Part shown: one piece after another, positions 26,770-36,465 of the stretch
How positions within the stretch are numbered: position 1 is the first letter of the stretch
Layout: every line of letters starts with the position of its first letter
Source of the DNA: Gulosibacter sp.
GTDB lineage: Bacteria > Actinomycetota > Actinomycetes > Actinomycetales > Microbacteriaceae
Assembly: GCF_052090685.1 (NCBI RefSeq)
Contig: NZ_JBQDBE010000015.1
Coordinates: 3,760 to 67,759 of the forward strand
DNA: 64,000 bases
Direction of reading: 5' to 3'
The notes under the pieces: generated by a model
Databases searched by the model: none
Told to the model about the DNA's origin: nothing
Seen by the model: only the letters and a program-made list of their open reading frames with translations
Program-made: the position numbers and the translations under genes

Positions 26770-28695
26770 TTGCCTGATCGTCCACCTGGCGCGCGGTGGC
26801 GCCGGGCCATTTGGCACTTTCGAGATGGGGGCCTCAAACGTGTCGTGGAATTCGAACGGCGCGAACGCGCAATTCGGAAACTCCCGAAGAGCACGGCCCT
26901 CGTTGGTCCGGTAAAACCCAAGAGCGGGGCAACTCCATCGGAGACGCTCGCGAATTCGATTCCTGACTACATTCCCGTAGAGCTGCCGCTCACTTTCCCA
27001 GACGTTCGCGCTGCGGTCATCATGGACGACTTTTCGCTCGCAGCCTGGGGTCACGAGTTCGAAACGGTGCAGGTCACCCCGAAGTGGTGGCGCCAGCAAC
27101 TCGACAAGCAACCCGTAGACCTGCTGTTCGTCGAGTCAGCATGGAACGGCAACGGTGGTGCCTGGCAGTACAAGTTGACCGGCTCGAAGGCACCCGCTCC
27201 TGAACTCCGCGCGCTCGTGGCGCACTGCAAACAACAGGGCATCACCACGGTGTTCTGGAATAAAGAGGACCCCCCACACTTCGACGACTTCCTCGACACT
27301 GCGAGGCTCTTTGATGTCGTATTCACGAGTGACGCGAACATGCTGCCGAAGTATCAGGAGGCGCTTGATCACGATCGCATAGACGTGCTCAGCTTTGCGG
27401 CTGCGCCAGCAATACACAATCCGATTCGCCTCCCACAATTTCATCAGAAACGAGACGTGGCGTTCGCGGGCATGTACTTCAGCCACAAGTTTCCCGAGCG
27501 ACGCGAGCAGATAGAGATGCTTCTCGGTGCCGCAGATCAGGTGTCTGGACGTATGGAACGCGGACTGGAGATCTACTCGAGATTCGACGGTGGTGATGAG
27601 CGGTACCAGTTCCCGAAGCCGTTGAACAAGCGTGTGCGCGGTTCCTTGCCGTACCAAAAGATGCTCACGGCGTATCGGATGCACAAAGTATTCCTCAACG
27701 TGAATTCGGTCGTGGACAGTCCGAGCATGTGTGCCCGACGTGTCTTTGAGATTGCGGCATCGGGCACCCCGGTCGTATCCGCGCCAAGCGCAGCGATTCC
27801 GCAGTTCTTCCCTCAGGATGAGGTACCAGTGGTGAGCGAGCAGCAAGAAGCTGGCTGGTTGTTGCGGGCGCTCGAGCGGTCCCCGCAAATGCGTGACCGG
27901 ATGGTACATAAAGCACAGCGACGAATTTGGAATTCACACACCTACACTCACCGTGCATCGCAGGTGTTTCGTGCAGGTAAGGTCGAGTTCGATGAGACCG
28001 CGACCGCTCCAAAACCAGTGACTGTCATGGTGTCCACAAACCGTCCCTATCAAGTCGAACATGTACTCGAGACGGTGGCATCACAAGTCGGCGTACCTGT
28101 GCAACTCGCGATGTTGACACACAACTTTGAGCTAAATGAGAAAGACTTCCGTGCTAAGGCGAACGACCTCGGGCTCGATGATGTAGTTCTGACAAGTGCC
28201 ACGAATGATGTCCTACTTGGTGAATGCTTGAACCGCCTAGTTGATCTTGCTGATGGGGAGATTGTCGCCAAGTTCGACGATGATGATTTTTATGGTGCGA
28301 ACTATCTCTTGGACGCCAGTAATGCCCTAAAATTCACGAACGCTGATCTTCTCGGAAAACAAGCTGTCTATGTTTACCTTGCTGCTCAAGACAGGATCGT
28401 TCTACGCAGCCCAGAACGTGAGCATCGATGGACCACATTTCTAGCTGGACCGACGTTCGTCGGCAATCGCGCGACATTTAAACAGTCTCGTTTCGCAAAC
28501 GTTACAAGAGGAGAAGACTCGGGCTTTCTCCTCAAAGTGATCGAACAGGGTGGACAAATATATTCATCGGATCGATTTAATTTTATCCAGAATCGAGGAA
28601 TGCAATCGCACACATGGCAAGTCAATGACCTCGAAGTTCTTGCAAATTCTAGAGTAGAATCTGCCGGTTACAATGAAGGGCACGTAACGGCATGA
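26770..28695 (+). CDS. Two-domain glycosyltransferase: CgeB/DUF3880-like N-domain + GT-A (GT2-like, DDDD motif) C-domain
   Basis: The N-domain is ...DLLFVESAWNGNGGAWQYKL...TTVFWNKEDPPHFDDFL...VFTSD. The C-domain is VTVMVSTNRP...KFDDDDFYGANYLLD. The TTG start is uncertain. Confidence 0.7.
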   Translation: MPDRPPGARWRRAIWHFRDGGLKRVVEFERRERAIRKLPKSTALVGPVKPKSGATPSETLANSIPDYIPVELPLTFPDVRAAVIMDDFSLAAWGHEFETVQVTPKWWRQQLDKQPVDLLFVESAWNGNGGAWQYKLTGSKAPAPELRALVAHCKQQGITTVFWNKEDPPHFDDFLDTARLFDVVFTSDANMLPKYQEALDHDRIDVLSFAAAPAIHNPIRLPQFHQKRDVAFAGMYFSHKFPERREQIEMLLGAADQVSGRMERGLEIYSRFDGGDERYQFPKPLNKRVRGSLPYQKMLTAYRMHKVFLNVNSVVDSPSMCARRVFEIAASGTPVVSAPSAAIPQFFPQDEVPVVSEQQEAGWLLRALERSPQMRDRMVHKAQRRIWNSHTYTHRASQVFRAGKVEFDETATAPKPVTVMVSTNRPYQVEHVLETVASQVGVPVQLAMLTHNFELNEKDFRAKANDLGLDDVVLTSATNDVLLGECLNRLVDLADGEIVAKFDDDDFYGANYLLDASNALKFTNADLLGKQAVYVYLAAQDRIVLRSPEREHRWTTFLAGPTFVGNRATFKQSRFANVTRGEDSGFLLKVIEQGGQIYSSDRFNFIQNRGMQSHTWQVNDLEVLANSRVESAGYNEGHVTA

Positions 28696-28831
28696 GCATA
28701 GCCAATGCCGTTTATTCACAGTGAGGGAGTGCCCTTAAGAATGCGTGTTGCTACAGAAGTAAACAAGGGCAACTTGCGGAGTTCGTGGCGTTGGGACGAG
28801 CCAAGAATAAACCCTGCCTAGGTCAATTGGC

Positions 28832-29317
28832 CTAACTTGCCTCATCCTCGCAGTGCCCCATTGCGACTTCAAGCAATGCCTTGATATTGGGCGCGAGCTC
28901 GCTGGGGATTTGTAAAGGGATGGTTTGCTCATCACCGTTGACGGCAATCCGAGCGCTGCGCAACGACCGTACCGCTTTCACGACCGCGCTGATCACCGAC
29001 CAGTCGCGGATTCGGCCAGGTAACGCAGCAAAAACGACGGTCAGGTGGGCTTTGAACGAGTCCAGCTCGCGATAAAAAAATGGCCGCGCCGCACGATCCG
29101 ATGTCAACAACCGACATGATCGTTCCAACCGCCAAAGGTCATGACACTCAGCGATCAATCCAGGCTTATACAGCAGACCTTGACTGAGGTTAGTCACATA
29201 ACCTGAATTATACCGAGTTAAATAGGGGACAGAAATCTTCTTTAGCAATTTCCCACCCTCCCTTTGACTTCGAACGATTGACGCTCCTGTCCGATCCTGG
29301 CAGTCGCGCCTGAACAT
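28832..29317 (-). CDS. Hypothetical protein (161 aa), low-GC, downstream of the 747-aa gene
   Basis: This is an ORF only, with no recognisable motif. It is co-directional with 29473-31716. Confidence 0.3.
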   Translation of the reverse strand: MFRRDCQDRTGASIVRSQREGGKLLKKISVPYLTRYNSGYVTNLSQGLLYKPGLIAECHDLWRLERSCRLLTSDRAARPFFYRELDSFKAHLTVVFAALPGRIRDWSVISAVVKAVRSLRSARIAVNGDEQTIPLQIPSELAPNIKALLEVAMGHCEDEAS

Positions 29318-29472
29318 CGTCTCCTCGAAAGAAAAAGCCAGTTACATCCTACGCGAAGGATAACCCCACAAGAATTGATTGTAATCAGTGAATATTTCCC
29401 AATATTGTAGGTACTCGCTCCAGCACAACGGGATAACTACCATGTAACCGCGACACACGACAGTGATATTGT

Positions 29473-31716
29473 CTAGATTTCCCCGATATGAGACGTGGCG
29501 TTCTGGAGATCGCTCAAAGCATTCCGCAGTACCGTCACCTTCGTGTCCTTTGGGCCGACTGGTAGGACAAGGGAATCAGTCGACACTCCAAGTAAATTAA
29601 CCAATTTAGGCGCCCCGTGCCCGGAAGTAGTGTACTTACGAATACCATATTCCAGCGCATTCTGATCTATCCACCATTGTGGCGAGCCAGGTTCGATCAA
29701 CGCTAGTCCGGCTTCACGAACATAGTTGGCGATGTCCATGGCTGCCTCGGAGGATTGAAATACGACGATGCCTGCGGCATACCGTTCCCATGGAGCAAGG
29801 TTTCCGCCAAGTATGCGTAACGCGATATCGCCGTCAGTGGACGCATTAATTAATTCCATGGGATCTTGTTTGATTACCGCATCGATATCGAGTAAAAGAA
29901 CTGGCGCATTTGTTCGGGCTAACAGCTCTGGGACCGCCAAAAATCTAACGAGTGATGAGACCGGACCGACATTGGCTCCTAAGTCGGTATCAATAAAAAC
30001 GAATTTAACTCGTTTCGAACTTACCCCGTAATTTGAGATGATTGGACGAGCGTCCTCTTCACTTCCCAAAACTACTATCACTAAAATAGAGTTATTCCGA
30101 GATGCGATATCGAATGAGCTGATTAAGAATTGACCAAATGCTTCCAGATATACGAGGTCGCAAGAGGCAACAAGGCTGTACTCAACCTGATTGACGTCGT
30201 CTAAGTATGCATCTATCTCGAAAGTAAACTGGTGCTTCTTATTTCTTGTCTGCTCTATTGATGCTGTAGTTGCGACAGTCGAAAAAGGGATTAGCATGTA
30301 CGTGCTAAAGGACGGCTCCAGTGAATCTCGAATATGATCAACGGAGCGCTCGTAGCCGATTAAATCTCCGGCACTGTATGCTGCAATCGCACGGAAAATG
30401 TCAACAACACACAACACCTCCGGATTCATTAGCGTGCTACGGAGATTCGACAGGTGCGTATCAATATCTTCAAATTCATCATTTGATAGGATTCCTCGGC
30501 AAACATATGAAGCCGCCTCGATAGACTCTTTTCGTGCGAGAGCGCGTTTCGCAGTCTCAAAAAGTTCAGGACTGTAGCGTAGCTCCCAAGACTTAAGCAA
30601 AGCACACGCCCGGCGAAGTGGAATGTCTTGAGTTTCATCAATGTCAGCTGCTGCATACAAGGAATCTAACGCAGCGAGATAAATTGTCCTATCAGCACGC
30701 GTGCGTGTGAACTCAACCTTGTTTGCCAGATCGAGACCCTGTTGCAGTCTCTCTCTGAATCCAACTTTATCAGAAATCTCATCATTGCCACGTGTGTTGA
30801 GGGTCGATGAATTCGGTTTACTTGATATGCGATCGAGTTCATCATTTATGATTGGCACGACGACGTCCCGAGGAAGGGGTTTGTGGCCAACAGCTTCGTA
30901 GGCGACGTCGATACTCAAGGAACCCACGCTATCCGCAACAACATTGCTCAATCGCTCACCAAGACTCAGCACATTTTCAAACTCAGAATCTGCCGAGTTC
31001 GTGAGAAGTCTCATTCTTGGTATCCGTTGTGTGCTCCTAATCCGATCCACTACAGATACCTGCTCAGGGAACCTCTTCCTATGTTGCAAAAACGAAGTGT
31101 CTAACAAATGCCGTTCAATTTCTTCAAGAGACTGAGGAAACTCATAAGTCATCATGTCAAGTTGAGGAACTTCCGCGACACAGTTACCGTGGAGGTCCAG
31201 CGCTGCTAGTTGAATTGCTTCAAAGCCACCCATCGACGAGCCATAGTAGAGCGTGGCTCCTGGTTCGGTCCCCCACGCATGTGCAATTGTTTTCACTTCA
31301 CGGCTGATGGATTTTGCCAAATCCTGACTTGAGGACATTAGCCAACCACCCAAGATTGAGTCCGATTTATACAAAGTAGGCTCGCTAAGTACAAGGATAT
31401 TCGCGCTGGGGAAACTGTCTGCCCAAGCCCAGCGGTGGAAGACCGGATTCTGCCTTGATCCTCTTGACTGCGCTGCGGGCATCAATACAAGTAGAGGCGC
31501 ACCAGCCTGACGAAATTGCAGGAGCATGTCCAGCGACATCTCGTCCCCGAGCGGAACTGTAGCCTGTCGCCACTCGTTCCTGACCGACTGCGCTGTCTCG
31601 ATGAAACTTGCTAACGACACGCTTGCCGGAAAATTAACCACCGAATCCCACCTAATCTTTTTCCACGGCCTAGTACCCTGTGAACCGGACCGTAGCCGTA
31701 CCGACTGACGATACAA
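29473..31716 (-). CDS. Three-part protein: Asp2-like alpha/beta-hydrolase N-domain, helical middle, GT-A-like (DxD) C-domain
   Basis: The N-domain is ...PLLVLMPAAQ...ILVLSEPTLY...GATLYYGSSMGGFEAIQLAA (GxSxG elbow). The C-domain is ...APVLLLDIDAVIKQD...WIDQNALEY. The gene is low-GC and its TTG start is uncertain. Confidence 0.55.
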   Translation of the reverse strand: MYRQSVRLRSGSQGTRPWKKIRWDSVVNFPASVSLASFIETAQSVRNEWRQATVPLGDEMSLDMLLQFRQAGAPLLVLMPAAQSRGSRQNPVFHRWAWADSFPSANILVLSEPTLYKSDSILGGWLMSSSQDLAKSISREVKTIAHAWGTEPGATLYYGSSMGGFEAIQLAALDLHGNCVAEVPQLDMMTYEFPQSLEEIERHLLDTSFLQHRKRFPEQVSVVDRIRSTQRIPRMRLLTNSADSEFENVLSLGERLSNVVADSVGSLSIDVAYEAVGHKPLPRDVVVPIINDELDRISSKPNSSTLNTRGNDEISDKVGFRERLQQGLDLANKVEFTRTRADRTIYLAALDSLYAAADIDETQDIPLRRACALLKSWELRYSPELFETAKRALARKESIEAASYVCRGILSNDEFEDIDTHLSNLRSTLMNPEVLCVVDIFRAIAAYSAGDLIGYERSVDHIRDSLEPSFSTYMLIPFSTVATTASIEQTRNKKHQFTFEIDAYLDDVNQVEYSLVASCDLVYLEAFGQFLISSFDIASRNNSILVIVVLGSEEDARPIISNYGVSSKRVKFVFIDTDLGANVGPVSSLVRFLAVPELLARTNAPVLLLDIDAVIKQDPMELINASTDGDIALRILGGNLAPWERYAAGIVVFQSSEAAMDIANYVREAGLALIEPGSPQWWIDQNALEYGIRKYTTSGHGAPKLVNLLGVSTDSLVLPVGPKDTKVTVLRNALSDLQNATSHIGEI

Positions 31717-31782
31717 AGTACACTGATCGGAACTTTACTTCATTAGGTTGCGAACTGCGCCGATGTCCTAAGGAGTTATGGC

Positions 31783-32235
31783 TTGACTAAACACCAGTGT
31801 TCCACTGTGCGTCACGGGTTGACAGGAGAACCACAGAGGCTAGAATCACGACCCACATCATCGGCACGAACTCTATCTCGGAAGGATTTGGGAGTCCTAC
31901 GTGAATGGATCGCCTCAGCTCAGGAACGTGAGCTTCAAGTGGAGTCTGAGGTGGAAGCACTGAGAGCACAAGCTCTCAACCTCCAGGAGACGGTCGAAGG
32001 CCTTGAGCAAGAACTTATCAGCGCTAATGACGAATGTGAGCTTCTTCGATCTAAGCTCAATAAGACTAGGGAAGCATTGGCTCAGTACTCCAAATATCGG
32101 TCCATACTAAATGGATTGCGTAAGAGTAAGACTTATAAAACAGGGGTCGCGGTGCGAGAGTCAACTTCGCTATTCAAAATACTTCTACTTCCTGCCAAAA
32201 TTATAAAAATTTCTCGAGATAAGGATGAATTGTAA
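31783..32235 (+). CDS. Coiled-coil protein (150 aa), translationally linked to the 1099-aa glycosyltransferase
   Basis: A strong SD (aaggag, 31770-31775) lies 7 nt before TTG 31783. Heptad-like sequence ELQVESEVEALRAQALNLQETVEGLEQELISANDECELLRSKLNKTREAL. The stop is 2 nt before the next ATG. Confidence 0.6.
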   Translation: MTKHQCSTVRHGLTGEPQRLESRPTSSARTLSRKDLGVLREWIASAQERELQVESEVEALRAQALNLQETVEGLEQELISANDECELLRSKLNKTREALAQYSKYRSILNGLRKSKTYKTGVAVRESTSLFKILLLPAKIIKISRDKDEL

Positions 32236-32237
32236 GG

Positions 32238-35200
32238 ATGGGGAAAGACCTGATTTCGGTTGTTCCAGCGACTATAACCGAACGACGTTTGAAAGACTCA
32301 GGCCTCTCCATTCGTAAGAGGCAAGGTGCGGCAGGAAATTTAACCGTTGCGTGCATTCTTGATAATCTCTCTTTTGGATCATTCGAGCCTGAGGCTGATT
32401 TTCAGCAGCTGACCATGAGGGACTGGCTTGTTGAGCTGACCGCGTCGCAGCCTGATTTGCTATTTGTGGAATCTGCTTGGCGGGGGCACAACAACACATG
32501 GTGGAACGAAGTGCATCGTTGTGGGCCCGAGTTGTTAGGCATCCTGGAATGGTGTCGAGACCGATATATTCCTACAGTGTTCTGGAACAAGGAAGATCCT
32601 GTTCATTTTTCGACCTTCCTCAAAACAGCGAGTAAATTTGATCATGTCTTCACGACAGACATCGATTGCATACCACGATATCGTGCTACGTTGAAACACG
32701 ACAATGTTTATTTTCTACCGTTCGCTGCACAATTGGCAACTCACAACCCTGTCGAAGTTTTCGAACGACTTCAAGGATGTGCCTTCGCCGGAGCATACTA
32801 TCGAAAATATTCAGATCGAAACAAAGATTTTGATACACTGCTGCCCGAGTTGTTAAAATTGGGTGATTTTCACATATATGATCGGAACTTCGGTGACGAT
32901 CATCCTGATCATAAGTTTCCGGACGCTATTTCAAAACACATTGTTGGCACTCTGGATCCCCGTGATATTGATATCGCGTACAAAGGTTACACTCATAATT
33001 TAAATCTCAACTCCGTTAAAAGCAGTCAATCTATGTTTGCCAGAAGAGTATTTGAATTATTAGCATGCAATACAGTCATTGTAAGTAACTTCTCGCGAGG
33101 TTTACGTCTTGCTTTTGGCGATCTCACTATATCAACTGATGGGGCCTCTGAGGTCAATCGGAGGATATCGGAGATTAGGGCGCTTCCCAACGGTTCAGAA
33201 AGGTTGCGGGCACTTGCGCTCCGAAAAGTGGTTAGGCAGCATACCTATACGCAACGTTTAGAGGAGATCGCGCGACGTGTGAACCTCCCACTCGTTCCGA
33301 ACACTGTACCGTCGATTGCGATTATCGCGAACGTGTCGAGTGTGAATGCGGCATCCTACCTGGTCAATCTGGCTGAACGACAGACAGTAATGAATTGGAG
33401 GCTTTACTTACTGTGTGAGCAAGGTGACACGCAAGCTTACAGACAGTTTTCGTCCGAGCGTGTAAGTATCTCTTACGATCAGATCCTTGTTAGAGAGTCC
33501 ATTGCTCGAGACGGTCATACGCACCTTGCATGCTGGGAACAGGACTCTTGGTATGGTGATGAATATCTGCTGGACCTTCTAGATGCTCTACGCTGGGCCG
33601 ACGTGTCAGCGGTTGGACACGCTGAGCATTTCAAATATGAAAACGGATTTGTTAGTCGAGTTAATCCTGGAAAGTCTTGGACCTATCAAAGAGATATTCC
33701 TCTTGCACGCGGAATGCTGAAGGTAGACAACTTAGAAATTTCGCCTGAATTATTAGAACCCGAATTCTGCGTGTCGGGGCTGGCGGTCTCCACTCTAGAA
33801 TTTATGAAGGGCGGTAGGCATTGCGCTCACAATGAACTACAGACATGCCAATCACCTTCAATAGACCAAGGCCTTTCGTTTGATGATTTTCAGAATTATG
33901 CCGATCAGCTGTCGCCGGAGAAGGAATTAAGTAGAGCTGACGATGATAATTCAATTTCTATAGAGTGGTTATTGTCAGATCTTAATAAAGTGAGAAATGT
34001 TGAATATTCCCTCGATAATGATGGAAACTTTGAAATCTCTTCCACCTTGGCGGAGGGGCAACATACTTATGCATATTCTCAATCTCTTTTAGAGCCCAAA
34101 ATGCTTCCGTCCACAAACGGCGGGGAAGTGTACTTTGAGGCGACTCCCGGCCTCAACTTAATGTTGACTCTCATCTTCTTTGACAGCATGGGCACTCGTC
34201 TGGGGCACTCTATGGTTGCCAATTCTGCTAATTCCACAGTGTCATGGCCGGATGGAACTTCCCAAATAAGGGTCGGGGTTCGCGTCATGGGTCCTGGGGT
34301 CTCATCAATTTTAAACTATTCGCGTGCAGCTCGTCAAACAGCCGCTCATCCCCTTGTTCCACGGCAGAAGAACCTTGTCGTGACAAATATATTTCCCTCC
34401 TATGAATCATTATATAGGAATGGATTTGTCGCATCGCGGTTGAGGGCCTATAAGGAACTTGGCTTTGACTCTGAGGTTTACTGCGCGATCCCAAACCAAA
34501 GGGATTTGCGATTTCGAGACTTTGCTGGATTTGATGTTGCGACTGGCAACATCGCGACCTTAAGGGAAACTGTGGATGCGGACAATCATACAAGCATCAT
34601 GATACACTTCCTTACTCCGGATATTTGGGAATCACTTAAGGCCTCCACGTCCTCTGCTCGAGTTATCGTTTGGATTCATGGTTTTGAAATTCAGCCATGG
34701 TGGCGAAGAAAATCACAGTATTCGACGGTTGAATCACAAGAACAGGCTGAAGAACTCTGGCGGAAACGGCATAAGATGTGGTCGGAGGTGTTCACCTCTC
34801 CTCCTGAGGGTTGGCATTTCGTCTTCGTATCTTCTTACCTCGCAGAGCAGGCTTTTTCGGATCATGGCCAACGACTTCCTGATGGTCGATTTTCTATTAT
34901 TCATAATCACATCGACACACAACTATTTACTTATGAGCAGAAGAGGCCGGAGCAGAGATTTAGAGTCCTCTCGATTAGGCCGTATAGTTCACCTATTTAT
35001 GGGAACGACCTCAGCGTGAAAGCGATTATTGAACTTTCGAAACGAAGCAGGCTGTTCGATAAGTTTGAATTCTCTTTCTATGGTGAGGGGTCTTTATTTG
35101 AGTCGACGCTTGAGCCGATCCGCGATTTTCATAATGTTAAAATTCATAATGAATTCTTGACTCACGTAGAAATTGCGGCGTTGCACAAGACTCACGGAGT

Positions 35201-35537
35201 GTTCCTCGTCCCGAGTAGGATGGATACTCAGGGTGTTTCTCGAGGTGAGGCAATGTCTTCTGGTCTAGTGCCAATTAGCAATAGCATTGCTGCTATACCT
35301 GAATTCGTTGATGAGAGTTGCGGATTGCTTGCTCCTGGTGAAGATTATGTGGAGATTTCTAACCACCTTGAACGCCTTGCAAATGATCCAGATCTGTTTG
35401 TTGATTTGTCACAAGGGGCTGCCGCTCGTGTTCGAGCTGAGTTATCGAGAGTGAACACCATCCTGGAGGAGCTGAAACTGGTGGAAAACTCATTTGTCGA
35501 CCCGGAGCGGTGTTCTCATCTCTCCTACCTTGGTTGA
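32238..35537 (+). CDS. Multi-domain glycosyltransferase (CgeB/DUF3880-like N-domain + degenerate GT-A-like middle + GT4 C-domain)
   Basis: The N-domain is DLLFVESAWRGHNNTWWNEV...PTVFWNKEDPVHFSTFL. The middle is IAIIANVSS...WYGDEYLLDLLDAL, paralogous to 26770-28695, but DDDD is replaced by EQDS. The C-domain is FYGEGSLF...VFLVPSRMDTQGVSRGEAMSSGLVPISN... (GT4 EX7E region). Confidence 0.75.
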   Translation: MGKDLISVVPATITERRLKDSGLSIRKRQGAAGNLTVACILDNLSFGSFEPEADFQQLTMRDWLVELTASQPDLLFVESAWRGHNNTWWNEVHRCGPELLGILEWCRDRYIPTVFWNKEDPVHFSTFLKTASKFDHVFTTDIDCIPRYRATLKHDNVYFLPFAAQLATHNPVEVFERLQGCAFAGAYYRKYSDRNKDFDTLLPELLKLGDFHIYDRNFGDDHPDHKFPDAISKHIVGTLDPRDIDIAYKGYTHNLNLNSVKSSQSMFARRVFELLACNTVIVSNFSRGLRLAFGDLTISTDGASEVNRRISEIRALPNGSERLRALALRKVVRQHTYTQRLEEIARRVNLPLVPNTVPSIAIIANVSSVNAASYLVNLAERQTVMNWRLYLLCEQGDTQAYRQFSSERVSISYDQILVRESIARDGHTHLACWEQDSWYGDEYLLDLLDALRWADVSAVGHAEHFKYENGFVSRVNPGKSWTYQRDIPLARGMLKVDNLEISPELLEPEFCVSGLAVSTLEFMKGGRHCAHNELQTCQSPSIDQGLSFDDFQNYADQLSPEKELSRADDDNSISIEWLLSDLNKVRNVEYSLDNDGNFEISSTLAEGQHTYAYSQSLLEPKMLPSTNGGEVYFEATPGLNLMLTLIFFDSMGTRLGHSMVANSANSTVSWPDGTSQIRVGVRVMGPGVSSILNYSRAARQTAAHPLVPRQKNLVVTNIFPSYESLYRNGFVASRLRAYKELGFDSEVYCAIPNQRDLRFRDFAGFDVATGNIATLRETVDADNHTSIMIHFLTPDIWESLKASTSSARVIVWIHGFEIQPWWRRKSQYSTVESQEQAEELWRKRHKMWSEVFTSPPEGWHFVFVSSYLAEQAFSDHGQRLPDGRFSIIHNHIDTQLFTYEQKRPEQRFRVLSIRPYSSPIYGNDLSVKAIIELSKRSRLFDKFEFSFYGEGSLFESTLEPIRDFHNVKIHNEFLTHVEIAALHKTHGVFLVPSRMDTQGVSRGEAMSSGLVPISNSIAAIPEFVDESCGLLAPGEDYVEISNHLERLANDPDLFVDLSQGAAARVRAELSRVNTILEELKLVENSFVDPERCSHLSYLG

Positions 35538-35850
35538 CCGACTATTTGACAGGGCTTTGATTTTCGCTCCGCCTTAGGTTAAGATTTTAGATTGGCTCGA
35601 TTTGTTTATCAGGGTTTCGTGTTAGGAATTTATTCAATTCGTGCGACTAAGGGCTGCGTATATATTGGGAGATGCCAGCCTGTATCTAGATCGAGACTAC
35701 CGCGTCGGGTGTCAGCGCTGTGAGAATCGTGTGCTCCCTCAAGGCTCGCACCAGTATCGCTATTAACAATCAGAGACTTGGACCTCAATTTCTGCCAGTT
35801 GAGTGCTATTGCTTAGTATCGACTCGAAAGTCAATCCCCAATTACTCATC

Positions 35851-36397
35851 AGACCTGACCCTTGGACCTATAGTGACGCGTTTCTGGAGTTGTTGGTTGG
35901 GTTGGCTTGTGCGAGGACTTCGTCTGCTGTCCTGGTCCTTGTGAAGGGATGCTTGCGGGAGGCTCACCAGCACAAAAGTCACGATCTTCGACCGTACCTT
36001 CACGGCCATCGCCAAACACTCCCTGCTCATGGGGCGAAAAGGCCAATACTTCCACTGACCCCACCCACGTTCCCGAACGACACCGCGATGTTGACGGGCT
36101 CTGGACCCGCGACTGGTTCCTCGCCCGCGCCGAACGCTTCGGTCCGGCGACGACCTGGGCCATCGAACCGCGTTCGAACAACTCGTCTTCACCACACAGC
36201 GATTGTGTGTCGAGCCGAGCCGAGGCGGTCGCGGGGTGGTCGTTGAAGCAATTTATCACCACCGTCCGCGACGTTGAGAAGTTTCGCTGACGCTCAACGG
36301 CCATACCGTTACCGCAGCCGACCCTATTCCAGACGACCTGGCACAAGCTCTTCAACCGATGAAGAAAATGGACACTAATCTGACCCAAGTCAGGTCT
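35851..36397 (+). mobile_element. Possible decayed IS remnant (IS481/IS3-superfamily transposase C-terminal traces, short terminal inverted repeats)
   Basis: agacctgac (35851-35859) is inverted at gtcaggtct (36389-36397). Between them are frame-broken traces: ...ARAERF... (36131-36142 region) and ...EAIYHHRPRR* about 40 codons later. These resemble GKxERF ... YNHHRPH of DDE transposases. The segment is a GC-rich patch between low-GC blocks. Confidence 0.3.
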
Positions 36398-36465
36398 AGC
36401 GGCGGATGGCGGGCCTAAACGCCGAAAACCGAGGTGCGCCAGCCGAATAAGAATACTCAACGAAA

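Noticed and set aside
35849-36460. 203-aa minus-strand ORF and overlapping plus-strand ORFs (35803-36290)
   Set aside because: Their composition is not protein-like and several overlapping frames are open. The region is better explained as a decayed IS-like remnant or non-coding DNA.
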